64,000 nucleotides of DNA from Octopus sinensis (GCF_006345805.1 NC_043016.1:3534001-3598000); one strand, 5' to 3'. Positions 22,952 through 36,428 are shown, counted from the stretch's first letter. Made by a program: numbers and translations. The notes: generated from the letters alone by a model not told the origin.

Positions 22952-24124
22952 GTTTTTTATAAAATTATTTTAACATTTTCTATCTCGAGTTTTTTTTCCA
23001 CACACATATATATTCGGAAGCAGTGATTACTTGGCGAGTGCAACTCCGCTGACTAGTCATCAGGGCAGAGATACCTTAGTCATATGAAGGTTACATTGCC
23101 GTCAAGGTATCATATAATTATATATACGTATGTCGGACAGCGAAGCCAATCGAATGCATTAGATACTTTAGCCTGGAGTAAAAAATACACTGAATCACGA
23201 AAGATTACATGCGAATAACTTGGAGTAAATTATGACTTGTGATTAAGAAATTTTATGCCTGATAAATATTCTTTTTTCTCTTACAAGGAAGCCACTGTTG
23301 CAAGCCTTCGATATACAAATGTTTAATACAGGTTATACGGCATTATAAACATTCTGTAGACAATACATTAGAAAACGACATGAATTATAGTTACCAGACA
23401 TTATACTAAACATATAACGGATGTTCGTTCATTGTACTAAATATTTCGCATACATAACTCTTAAGTGGATTATATGTAAAAGACAAATTAATTACATTGT
23501 TACCTTACGTAGCACCAGAGGCAAAGCAAAATTATTACCGGAAAGCCGAAACGAAATTAATTTTAAACGAAAAAACAAATAATAGTAAAATATACTACCT
23601 CCGAAAATATATAATCTCTGAAGCATATTAGTAATAACGGTTACATTATTTTCCAGCACACATATTTAGATACCTCTATAGTAAACGCAATATTTGTAAA
23701 CTGCTTGCAATATCGAGGGCTTTCTGGTAAACAGGTTTACACCGAGCAGTTGTAAAAATGACTGAATGAAATATCAGCAGTATGAATGAATGCATGAAAA
23801 TTCAGAAGTAACTGTATTATGATTGGAAGGTAAAGAAAACTACGATAAGAGTGAATATTAAATAGAGATAGAGGAGAAAACGTAAAGCTAAAAATAGAAA
23901 TAAAATGAAATAAAATATTTTTTTAAAAATATGAAATTGAATGCCAAATATAATTTTAAATTAAAGTAAAATGATTTAGAAGATTAAGACATTATAAGAA
24001 TTAAGGATTAAAAATTAAAGTGTTAAAAATCAAAAATTGAAGAAAAATTTCAAAATAAGTTAAATTAAATAATTTTAAAAAAATTAAGAAAAAATTAAGA
24101 AAATTTAAAAAGATTGACGCACAG

Positions 24125-24166
<42 letters not shown>

Positions 24167-24385
24167 ATATATATATATATACATATATATAAACATCATA
24201 AATTATACACGATAACTTGCGTTTATCTTTTAGGGCAGCATACCCAACTTGACCATCACGTGTGTCTTCCACAGGTTCAAAAAATAAACTTGTCAATCTA
24301 CTTCAATGGCACCCGTCTTTTTTCGCATCCAAACCTTCTGGAGGAGTAACCTAAATCCTATAAATATAATAATAATTATTATTAT

Positions 24386-24588
24386 CCTTTCTACTAAAGG
24401 TACAATGCGTAAAATTTGGTGGGAAGGGAAAGTCGCTTCCATCGAACCCAGTGTTTCAATGGTATTTACTTTATCGACCACGAAAGACAAAATCGACCAT
24501 GGTGGTATGTGAACTCAACCTTAGCGACAGATAAAATACTGCTAAGCATTTCGACCAACGTGCTAACGGCTCTGCCAGCTCACCGCCT
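24386..24588 (-). mobile_element. SINE family B
   Basis: Minus-strand head AGGCGGTGAGCTGGCAGAGCCGTTAGCACG; tail ..TTTAGTAGAAAGG; homologous to 18566-18766. Confidence 0.85.
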
Positions 24589-24648
24589 TAATAATAATAA
24601 TAATAATAATATAATAATAATACTATAATAATAATAATAATAATAATA

Positions 24649-24681
<33 letters not shown>
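24589..24681. repeat. (TAA)n tract at the 5' flank of Dong
   Basis: Direct reading. Confidence 0.95.
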
Positions 24682-27600
24682 GAAGAAAAGAAGAAAGAAG
24701 AATAAAGAAGAAGACACCGGGGACGTTTAAGAGAAGACACCGGGGACGTTTAAGATGTAAGAAGGAAAATACAGAGCTCCGAAATCTATCCACAAACATC
24801 GAAAACAAGGACAACCCTATTGGGCCAAAGATTACTAACAAAGAATTGGACTATATCCGAGTAAGTAATACGAATTGAAATTTATTACTATTTTCGAAAC
24901 GAAATGATGTATTTTGACTCGATATTATCTCCACCTCTAACACAACACATGTAAACATGCGTGGAACAACACGATCATCCCCGACCTCAAACACCATGTA
25001 CAAAGGAACTACGAAGAAATAAACGGACCGGTACCCTACGAAAATGACGACCGTCAAAATAATGGCCGGACGTTGTACCTCATGTCTCGCAATTAAAACC
25101 CAAAACGTAAATGGACACGTGAGGAATACATTTCTATCTTACACGCATACTTCACAGCAATGCTCTACCCACAAAATGATAATACAACAAACATACATTA
25201 AAATATGGAAGGAAAATAATAGAGGTATAGACTTGGATACAGCAATGACCCTAATAATTAGCTAACGTACGAAGATACATTCTCAAAGCAAAAAATATCA
25301 GAAATAGAAATAGAACATTTAAAAGAAAAAATACACCAGGAAAATGTAGATAGAAGCCACACAACAATGCCCAATAATATAAACACTGAAACTGTAAAAC
25401 ACGAAGACAAACGCAACATTCCCAACAAACACGATGTAAACACGAAGGGGAGCCTAATGGTTATGATAATATAAAAAATAAAATAATCAAAGAACTAAAA
25501 ACCACAAAGCTCAAAATGGACCACCGACCATACCTCCCAAGAATAAAAATAAACGCAATAACAACACCAATTATAAACAACATAAACCTAGCCGTCACTG
25601 AACTAGCCACTGAAACAAAAAAAAGTGATATCACTGAACTAAATGACTTGATATACGCAGCAGCCACTGCAGCCACAAAAGAAGCTGGATACTCACCCAA
25701 ACCCGCCCAAACAGGAGTACCACCATCCAAACAAACCCTGTGGATAAATAACATCCAAAACAAAATAAAAAAAAATAGAAAAGACCTGTCGATTCTTAAT
25801 GAAATCAGCAAACAAGCAACGCTACTGAGCAACAAAAAGAGAACAAAAATGCTCCGCAAATATAACATCACAGAAAAAGATTTGCCGGAGATAAAAGAAA
25901 AGCTGAAGCAAGATATCCTTGCCTAAGCTCAAAGGATCCGCCGGTACGAGAAACGCCAACGCTTCTTTGAACAGAACAAAAAGTTCAACTCCGACCCCAA
26001 AAAGTTCTACCAAGAACTAGGCAAAAATAAAATAGAAGTCACTGCAGCACCAACGGCAGAAGAATTGGAAGAATTCTGGAAAGAAATATGGTCGGCGAAC
26101 GAACCGCCAAAAAAAAGGAGTATGAAAATAACAAACTCGGCATCTGAACAACTTTGGACCCCCATAACAACTGAAGAGGTCACCCAGGCACTGCAAAAAC
26201 TAAGCAACTGGAAGGCACCTGGGCATGACAAGATCCCCAACTTCTGGTTGAAATATCTAACAGGAATGCATAAAAAGCTGGCTGAAAACTTTAACAGCAT
26301 ACTAGCAGAGCCAGAGACAATGCCTGAATGGCTCACGAAGGGGAAAACCATCTTAATTCCCAAATCAAATGAAAAACAAAACCAGAAAACTACAGACCAA
26401 TAACCTGCCTCCCTACCTATGTTCAAGGCATTTACTGCAGTGATAACGCAAAGGCTGAACAAGCACCTGGAGAAAACAAACTGTTCCCAGAAGAGCAGAA
26501 AGGATGCCGCAAGGGCTCATATGGCTGTAAAGATCAACTAATGATTAATAAAGCCGTAACTGAAGACAGCCACAGAAAGAAGAAAGGCCTCAGTATGGCC
26601 TGGATTGACTACAAAAAGGCGTTTGATAGCATCCCCCACACATGGATCCTCGAAACACTAGCCATTAACAAAGTAGCACCAACAATCATAAAATTCATAG
26701 AGCACTCTATGAATAAATGGCAAACAGTCCTACACCTCCAAACAAAAGAGGGACTCATGAGACACGCTCTCTCCACTCCTTTTCTGCTTGGCACTGTCAC
26801 CTCTATCTGATATGCTAAATAGAACTGGATGCGGATATAAATGTTACGGCAAAACGATCAGCCACCTTTTATATATGGATGACCTAAAACTATACGCTGC
26901 AAATGACAAACAGCTGGAAACACTATTAAAGACAGTTCATGGATTTACCAAAGAAATAGATATGAAATTTGGATTAGAAAAATGCGCCAAAGTAACCATG
27001 AAAAGAGGAAAACTAGTTAAGAGTAACAACATCACACTAGATAAAACCAATGAAATAAAAGAATTAGACCAAAGCCAAACTTACAAATACTTAGGAATCC
27101 ATGAACTAGATAAGACACAACACACACAAATGAAAGAGAAAATAAAAAAGAATATTATAGACGAGTTAGATCAATACTAAAAACAGAGCTCAATGCTAAA
27201 AACAAGATAATAGGTATCAACACTTTAGCTGTCCCAGTTATAAGTTACAGCTACAATATCCTTAACTGGACACGAAATGAACTGTCCAAAATAGATAGGA
27301 AAACAAGAAAAATACTGACAGGATCTAGGATGCATCACCCAAAATCTGACATAGAAAGACTATATATACAACGTATAGAAGGTGGTAGAGGCCTTATACA
27401 GCTGGAAAACTACTATAAAATAACCACCATAGGACTGCAAAAATACTTACTTCAGAAGGAAGGAAAACTGATCCAGATAGCAGCAAAACACGAGCAAAAC
27501 AAAAAACTGTTCTCAGTATTTAAGGAAGCTGACAAATACAAACAAGAAATCATACCACCTAATAAACACAAAGAAGAAGAAGAAGATGATGAAGAAACAA

Positions 27601-28529
27601 CAAAAGCTATAAAACAAATGAAATCCAAACTAAAAATAGAACAGCAACGAGCCATGATAAAACGATGGCAAGAAAAACCCCTTCATGGTAAATACTGGAC
27701 TAAACTAAACGCAAAAGAAATAGACAAAGAAAAATCTCAGCAATGGTTGAGAAGCTCAGGACTCAAAGCAGAAACAGAGGGATTTTTAATTGCAGCACAA
27801 GACCAAAGCCTCCCCACCAGAAATTACCAAAAACATGTAATGAAAAGAAATATTACAAGTAACTGCAGAATATGTGGAGATGGACAAGAAACAATAAATC
27901 ATATTATCTCTAGCTGCCCAGTCCTGGCTAAGAAGGAATATATTCACAGACATGACAGAGTTGGAACCTACATACATTGGAAGCTATGCCAACATTATGG
28001 AATAACAACAGAAAAAAGATGGTATAGGCACACACCAGAAAAGGTCACAGAAAACGAGAAAGCAACCATACTCTGGGATATGCCGATACACACAGATAGA
28101 GAAATTAGGCCAACAGACCAGATATAGTTGTCAGAGATCATGAAGAAAAAAAATGCTTTCTAATTGATGTATCAATACCGGCAGATGACAACGTGTCTCT
28201 AAAAGAAATGGAGAAACTCTCAAAATACAAAGACCTGGAAATAGAGGTAACTAGAATGTGGACCTGAAAACAGAAACAATTCCTATCATAGTAGGTGCAT
28301 TAGGCATGATAAAAAAATATTCAGACAAATACATAACAAAAACACCAGGACTTACAAACACATATAACATACAGAAAAATGCACTACTAGGTACTGCACA
28401 CATCCTACGCAGAACACTTTCCATACAATAACCATCAGAGCATTACAACAAATCACAGCACATACCCAAGGCACACAGAGCTGCGCTCGGTAGTGAAGTG
28501 AAAGCACGCTATAAAAATAAAACTACTGA
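24682..28529 (+). mobile_element. R4/Dong-clade non-LTR retrotransposon, apparently full length, ORF broken by frameshifts and stops
   Basis: N-term KRKWTREEY; KLSNWKAPGHDKIPNFWLK; MAWIDYKKAFDSIPH; HLLYMDDLKLY (YMDD 26872-83); YKYLGI; MHHPKSDIERLY..GGRGL; CRICGDGQETINHIISSC zinc knuckle; RPDIVVRD..LIDVSIP..EK..KY restriction-like endonuclease; (TAA)n on both sides. Confidence 0.95.
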
Positions 28530-28596
28530 TAAATAATAATAATAATAATAATATAATAATAATAATAATATAATAATAATAATAATAATAATAATC

Positions 28597-28638
<42 letters not shown>

Positions 28639-28726
28639 TAATAATAAAGTACAATAAAATAATAATAATGAATAATAAAATAATAATATAATAATAATAA
28701 AAGTAACAATATAATAATAATAATGA

Positions 28727-28757
<31 letters not shown>

Positions 28758-28809
28758 GTAACAATAATAATAATAATAATAGTAACAATAATAATAATAA
28801 TAATAATAA
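28530..28809. repeat. Degenerate (TAA)n tail
   Basis: Direct reading. Confidence 0.95.
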
Positions 28810-29323
28810 ATCTTAACTGATTGGATGTGTTATCATGTACATTGTTTTGTCTTGGTATAAAAGATGGGCTACAGCAAATATTCTGCTCAATACCACAGAT
28901 TTTCTTGTCAGTTGTTTGACCTGAAACAGTTGACCATGTCCCTTAGTGGCTGACGATATGTGCATCTCTGATCACGAGCAGAAGTAGTGGGGGAGCATCA
29001 TAGCCATGTGTTGAGAGGGATTCTTTGGGGTTTGAATAATTCACCTCTGGAAACATGGGTGGTTCTTTCAACATCCTTAAACAACCCTTATTCAGGGACC
29101 TTTTGAGCGGGATCGGCTACTCAACCTGAAGAAAATTCTAACTGGGCCCCACCTGCAAGGTCATGTGCTGTTTATCTTGATATGAGATCACCATGTCGCG
29201 CACATATGGTTGTGATGCATGTGCCTGGTGTATCCTTATCAGACAGGTAGTCATGATGGGTATATTGGGCTTCGTATATTTTACCCCAGTGTCACTTTGA
29301 TGGCATGCTCTGCTCGCTCACTC
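28810..29323 (+). mobile_element. 514-bp non-coding interspersed element, copy 1 (unclassified, TAA-flanked)
   Basis: Roughly 90% identical by eye to 57953-58466; same 3' end (..CACTC followed by AATAAT). Confidence 0.85.
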
Positions 29324-29344
29324 AATAATAATAATAATAGTAAC

Positions 29345-29381
<37 letters not shown>

Positions 29382-29386
29382 GTAAC

Positions 29387-29447
<61 letters not shown>

Positions 29448-29765
29448 GTAACAATAATAGTAATAATAATAAAAACAATAATAATAAGAAGAAAGAAGAA
29501 GAAGAAGAAGAAGACGAAGAAGTGGAAGAAGAGAAGGAGAAGAAGACGGATAAGTGGAAGAAGAGAAGGAGAAGAAGTAAAAGAAGGAGGAGGAGGAGGA
29601 GAGAAATAAGAGAAATAGTACAAGGATAAGGCGAAAAAGAGAAAAGGATAATAATAATAATAATAATATAAGAACAACAACAATAACAAGAAGAAGAAGA
29701 AGAGAAGAAGAAGAAGAAGAAGAAGAAGAAGAAGAAGAAGAAGAAGAAGAAGAAGAAGAAGAAGA
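29324..29765. repeat. (TAA)n grading into (GAA)n/(GGA)n compound tract
   Basis: Direct reading. Confidence 0.93.
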
Positions 29766-30126
29766 CATATCTATAGGACATCACTAACTTTTCTTGAGAA
29801 ACCAGAATACTGAATGAAATAAAGATACTTTGAAAGAATAAAAAAATGTGAATGAAAGAGTCTGGTCAAAAAATTCCCGCAGGAAATAATAGAAAGAGGA
29901 AAGAAATGATATTGTGCGAAAATACGAACATCGTCAATAATGACATCAACAACAAAGGGTGAAATGAGAAGCAGAGCTGTTGAAATGTAACTAAATCATA
30001 TGCATATACACGTATACGTGCTTATATACATTCATATTTTAAAATTTATTTACACTCCATCAGCACTGCTTCAGATTTTATACCCTTACGCAGAAGCGCG
30101 CACACGCACACACAAAAAGTGCACAT

Positions 30127-30661
<535 letters not shown>

Positions 30662-30903
30662 ATACGTGTGTAGAAAATGTTTTTTTTTATGTTTCTCCTG
30701 TAAAAGATTATTGTCTCCAACTTATCGTCGCTGATCCCCGGGGACTTTAGCTGGCATTGTTCTGGGTAGCTTCCTCACTATCATCACAACTATATTGTAT
30801 ATAGTATATTTACGTTAATGGCGTCAATATTGAAGAATCTGGTCAGCTGAAGATCTCGGGAAATAATAGAGGCGATACACTCTAATAGTGTGAAAACGTC
30901 ATG

Positions 30904-31250
30904 GATACATACATACATACATACATACATACATACATACATACATACATACAAACATACATACATACATACATACATACATGCATACATACATACATAC
31001 ATACATACATACATACATGCATACATACATACACACACACATACATACATACATACATACAAACATACATACATACACATACATACATACATACATACAT
31101 TACATACATACATACATACATGCATACATACATACATGCATACATACATACATACATACATACATGCATACATACATACACACACACATACATACATACA
31201 TACATACAAACATACATACATACACATACATACATACATACATACATACA

Positions 31251-31281
<31 letters not shown>

Positions 31282-31662
31282 CATGCATACATACATACAT
31301 ACACACACACATACATAATACATACATACATACATACATACAAACATACATACATACACATACATACATACATACATACATACATTACATACATACATAC
31401 ATACATGCATACATACATACATACATACACACACATACATACATACATACATTACATACATACATACATACATACATATATACATACATACATGCATACA
31501 TACACACATACATGCATGCATACATAGATACAAACATACAAACAAACATACATACATACATACATAAATACATATACATACATACATACATTACATACAT
31601 ACATACATTACATACATACATACATTACATACATACATACATACATTACATACATACATACA

Positions 31663-31693
<31 letters not shown>

Positions 31694-31703
31694 CATACAT
31701 ACA

Positions 31704-31735
<32 letters not shown>

Positions 31736-31745
31736 CATACATACA
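30904..31745. repeat. About 840-bp (TACA)n satellite with variant units
   Basis: Direct reading; source of the HTYI/MYVC pseudo-ORFs. Confidence 0.97.
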
Positions 31746-31749
31746 TGCC

Positions 31750-33800
31750 CCCACTCATGACTGCTGAAATTTCTACACTTGGCTAAAATACCTACTACCT
31801 TAGCAGTTGCCATTAAGAGGCTTACTAAGACCTGAGCAAGTATCCTCACTCATATACTTGAAAGCGGAACAATAGTCTCTGATGTTATATCTTTTGCAAA
31901 GGGAATATTCCAGGGAGATAATTTTCCCTGCATTTTTGGTTATTTTGGCACTAAATCAATTGTTTTTGATAAAAAAAATGTCCAGTGGCTATATACTACG
32001 ATCTACAACTGCTAGAGATATCGGCGTAACCCTCAATTTCCTAAGATTTATACTAAATTGTTACTAAAACTAGAAAAGAAAAAAAAAAACAGCTGGAGGT
32101 ACTAACAACATTTTCTGCTGGCATAGTAATGTTCATATTTGTTAAGCGTGGAAAATCGAAAATAAAAAAAAGAAAAAAAGCCTCTATCAACAACCTCTTT
32201 ATCTCTTTTGTTTTTAGAATGCTACAAATACCTGGGTATTAATGAAAAATTCACGAAAGTACTGTGAATAAAGGTAGAGTGATCTGAAAATATACCTGAT
32301 TTAGAAAACTACGGCAGTCTGAATGCTCCTCTTGCAACAAGACAACATTCTACAATATATTTGCAGTACTAGAGCTGATTTCAACATTTAAGATACTAGA
32401 TATTAAAAACCGTAAGAATCAAACTTAAAAATGGAAAGTTCCTCAGGAACAGTGATATCCACAGACTATAACTGAGATGAAGGAAGACGAACTTGAAATC
32501 AGAGCAGATAGTTTTCAATGTCACATTGTTTCTCTCGGACAGCATGTATTAAACAACAGCATCAAAAATAAATACTTGTTGCTGAAATGCGAAAATAACA
32601 GAATGTTATGTCTTAAAAGTGAGCTGCCCACGAAACACTCTTTTCCTGACGGCTTCTCGAGCAATCCCCAAACAGCCGGACTAACGTACCTCAAAGAAGA
32701 TCTGGATGGGAAACGCTCAGCTTACCGAAAAAGACAACGCATGAGTATGTTTCACGAAGATATGCAGACGTACGTAACAGTGACATGAAACGCATCCTCT
32801 TTTGGACTCATGACCTCGACCTTACATCACACATCGACGGATTTGCATTTGTAATCCAAGAATAGGAGAGTGATGCAAATTACCCCGGAGACAAAAAGAA
32901 TCAGCGAAACTCTTGAGGCCACAAGATGCAACCGAAAATATAGATTTTGCAACATCTCTGTGGAAGACATCGCACATGTCATTAGCAGTCGCCCCAAGAT
33001 GTCATCAAGGCACTACCAGTGCGACACAATATTTTTGCTAAAACAATATACAATGCATCGTGACGTATATTTGCCATTTAAATATGGCTAACCCCTAAGG
33101 GTGGATGCTACTGTAGTTTGTAGCCCCAGGAGGACACCTCCTCCAGCTGGCTATAGACATACTTTCTGTGCCCTATCAGTATTTGCAAAGGGAAGCTATC
33201 CTTCCCGTCTTCAACTTATGATACACACAGACTCGAGTTTCTGGGTATTGACCCGTCATCGGCGTGTGACAATCACAGTTGTCGATGAGAAGTAGGTTCC
33301 CTTCACAAATACTTAAACCTTTTTCCAGTATCGATAGACACTGATATCGAAAAAGTGTAAACATGCAATAATAAATCTCAGAGCGAGTTATAAACAGTAG
33401 CTGCAACACATCGTGACGTATATTTGCCATTTAAATATGGCTAACCCCTAAGGGTAGATGCTACTGTAGTGTTTATCATAAGTTGAAAACGGGAAGGATG
33501 GCTTCCCTTTGCAAATACTGATAGGTCATAGAAAGTGTGTCTATAGCCAGCTGGAGGAGGTGTCCTCCTGGGGCTACAAACTACAGTAGCATCCACCCTT
33601 AAGGGTTAGCCATATTTAAATATACAATGCAATCCGAAAAAAAGAAAGAAAGAAAGAAGACAGACCTGGTAAAATTATAGAGAAATCCCTGTCATTGAAT
33701 ACATGCGCAAACATCAGTGGAACACTGCCATCAAAGGTTCTGCCAAATAGAAGCATAACATACTGGATAGCGTTGTTTGCGACAGACAAGAAAAGTAAGA
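31750..33800 (+). mobile_element. Highly decayed R4/Dong-like LINE (different subfamily), interrupted at 33058-33618
   Basis: AKGIFQGD..F..LALN; YKYLGI; DIHRLY; KYRFCNISVEDIAHVISSRPKMSSRHY; IFAKTIYNA|IRKK across the insertion; KHN..D..VCDRQEK. Confidence 0.75.
33058..33618. mobile_element. Fold-back insertion with 153-bp inverted arms and 13-bp TSD
   Basis: TSD AATATACAATGCA at 33045-57 and 33619-31; arms 33076-33228 and 33469-33621; 62-bp direct repeat 33056-33117 and 33409-33470. Confidence 0.88.
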
Positions 33801-33910
33801 TCTATCAGAGGGGTCAGCAGCCACGCAAGAGCACCGCCTTGAAGAATTTTAGTCGCAAGAGAGAGAGAGACAGAGAGACAGAGACAGAGAGAGAGACAGA
33901 GAGAGTGACA

Positions 33911-33944
<34 letters not shown>

Positions 33945-33984
33945 CGCACATGCACACACACACACATAGATATTTACTTCTTTC

Positions 33985-34140
33985 TATTACTTCTTTCCGT
34001 TTCCATCTAGCAAATCCACTCACAAGGCTTTGTCGGTGGCCCGTGACAATAGTGGAAGATACTTTCCCAAGGTGCCACGCAGTAGGACTGAACCCGGAAG
34101 CAAACTTCTGGAGGTAGACTTCTTACCACACAGCTACGCC
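33985..34140 (-). mobile_element. SINE family A head fragment
   Basis: Reverse complement of GGCGTAGCTGTGTGGTAAGAAG..GGGTTCAGTCCTACTGCGTGGCACCTTGGG..GATGGAAACGGAAAGAAG. Confidence 0.8.
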
Positions 34141-34176
34141 AGTGACACACACATATATATATATATACATGTGTTA

Positions 34177-34233
<57 letters not shown>

Positions 34234-34240
34234 TGTGTTA

Positions 34241-34291
<51 letters not shown>

Positions 34292-34294
<3 letters not shown>

Positions 34295-34815
34295 TGTATG
34301 CCAAAATTAAGGCAACCAACTGTTTCATCAATTCTGCCAAAACAAAGTATTGTTATATTTCAGGTCTGACCGCTGAAATGCAATGGTAAAGTAAACGAAT
34401 TATGTAATTACTATATTTATTCGATATGACCTCCTCTGTTTCAAATCACAGCCTTAATTCTAGGTACGAATGCTTCACACACGGCACGCAGCTGCTTTTA
34501 CGGAATCGAAGTTCATTCCTGGTAGGTTTTTTTACCTTCAGAGCGGTGAGCAAAGCATAAGGGGACCTAGTCTCCAAACTGGAGCAAGCAGACAAACTCA
34601 ACGGATGGAGATAAGGACTTTTGAGTGCCATACATCCTTGCCTATGAACGACGAACTGTTTCTCTAAATCGAGTGTTGTGTCTGTTTGGTGCTGTGGGGT
34701 GGTGCTGAGTCCTGTTGGAGGTTCCAAAGTGCACCTTGAAAGTGGTCATTTGCCCATGGTAGCAGTTCAGCTTCCAGAATGTCGCTAGTGTTTCGCTGGG
34801 TGTTAATTTTAACAC
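34292..34815 (-). mobile_element. Tc1/mariner (DD37D-like) transposase 3' fragment with terminal repeat
   Basis: Minus: LQQDSAPPHSTKQTQ; SPYLHPLSLSACSSLETR; RGGHIE*; terminus TA|CAGTGTATGCCAAAATT at 34292. Confidence 0.7.
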
Positions 34816-35315
34816 CCGAGACTCATGTCTGTATTTATGTATAATATGCATATAAATATGCACATACATTCATATATGAATATATCTGTACATATGCATG
34901 TATGTATATACGTGGCTGTATGCGTACGTGCATATTTTTCTATGTGCAAATAAATGCATATAGCAGTTTGTGTAGTCTTACGAAAGTGTAAGTGCACCAG
35001 GTAAAAATTCCTTCTACAGTTTTTGTAATTGGCTTTTCTATAATAATTAGTTCGCAGTAAAAGTAATATTTAGCGCGATAACTTATTTTGCTTAGGATTA
35101 AAAGTGTATTATTAACATTTGATAGACTCGTCTTATGATACTGCTGCTAAATATCTGCTCCTTGCGGTTTTTCTCACACAACAACTTGTAAGATAAAATT
35201 CCGAAACAGGCCAAATGCGATGATAATTCTTTATCAAAGGACATCTTGTATGTAACTGAGTGGCAATGTCACATATGTTTAGAAGATGCTCTGATGTAAT
35301 TTGGTAGCAATAAAT

Positions 35316-35725
35316 TATCTCTTCTTCTTTTTCTTCTTCTTCTTCTTCTTCTTCTTCTTCTTCTTCTTCTTCTTCTTCTTCTTCTTCTTCTTCTTCTTCT
35401 TCTTCTTCTTCTTCTCTTCTTCTTCTTCTTTCTTCTTCTTCTTCTTTTCTTCTTCTTCTTCTTCTCTTCTTTCTCTTCTTCTTCTTCTTTTTTCTTCTTC
35501 TTTCTTCTCTTCTCTTATTATTATTATTATTATTATTATTATTCTCCTCCTCCCCCTTCTTTCTTCTTCTTCTTCTTCTTCTTCTTCTCCTTTCCTTCTT
35601 TTTCTTCTTCTTTTTCTTCTTTTTCTTTTTTTTTCTTCTTCTTCTTCTTCTTCTTCTTCTTATTATTATTCTCCTCCTCCCCTTCTTCTTCTTCTTCTTC
35701 TTCTTCTTCTTCTTCTTCTCCTTTT
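35316..35725. repeat. Compound (TTC)n/(TTA)n polypyrimidine tract
   Basis: Direct reading. Confidence 0.95.
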
Positions 35726-36428
35726 TCAAGCTCCTTTTCCTATGTCTCACTGCCTCAACTTCAATAAAAAAGAATTCGTTCTGTTATCATTTACCATCAC
35801 ATCAATACTCAGAAAAAGTGCCGAAATAACCGATAGTCACATCTCCTTTCGGATAAGTATTAATCTAACATCGTCTAAACTTTTTCTGCTCTTATGTATA
35901 AAAAACATTTCTTCACGTGACCATATGCATAGATAATTTGTCACAAGACACTCATAAACTATAGTGTAACCAGAATTTCGCTGATTAATTGTAAATAAAA
36001 ATCATACGTATCATATTTATGCAAGAAACTAAAGCAAAATTTGCAAGTTTTATTAATTTGAGTACATGTGCTTAAAACTATTTACTTTTTGACATAGCTA
36101 ATCAAATGTTATTGATACTTAATTCACCTGTAAGCGTTGATAGATAGATAAATAAACAGATAGATACAGACACACTAACACACACACGCACACGCATGCA
36201 CAGAGAAACACAGGTGAATCAAGTACGTATTCGGAATAAAAATTCAGTATAGAATATACTCCGGTTAAATTTATAATTTAAGCACGTTGTTACCGAAATG
36301 CGATTCGAAAAAGCCCGCCATTTACATACATGTATAAGGGATGGACAATTCTAAATACTACGGTGGATACGATGGTTGTTCGTCTGGTATGTTGATTTTG
36401 TTCATTCATTATAAATCTTGAATTATGT

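Noticed and set aside
23880-24105. Very A/T-rich AAAATT-like tract as a replication origin or mitochondrial control-region insert
   Set aside because: Low complexity with no adjacent mitochondrial genes or tRNAs.
24710-24755. CRISPR-like repeat or HDV ribozyme at the Dong 5' end
   Set aside because: Only two adjacent copies with no spacer, in a eukaryotic context; I could not build an HDV double pseudoknot.
30790-31760. Long ORFs of 200-265 aa (MYVC../HTYI..)
   Set aside because: Read-through of (TACA)n; the same applies to poly-I/N/L/Y/K/E ORFs over TAA, TTC and TA tracts elsewhere.
34798-34817. Palindrome GGGTGTTAA-TT-TTAACACCC
   Set aside because: A 9-bp inverted repeat at the break of a mariner fragment; too short to interpret.
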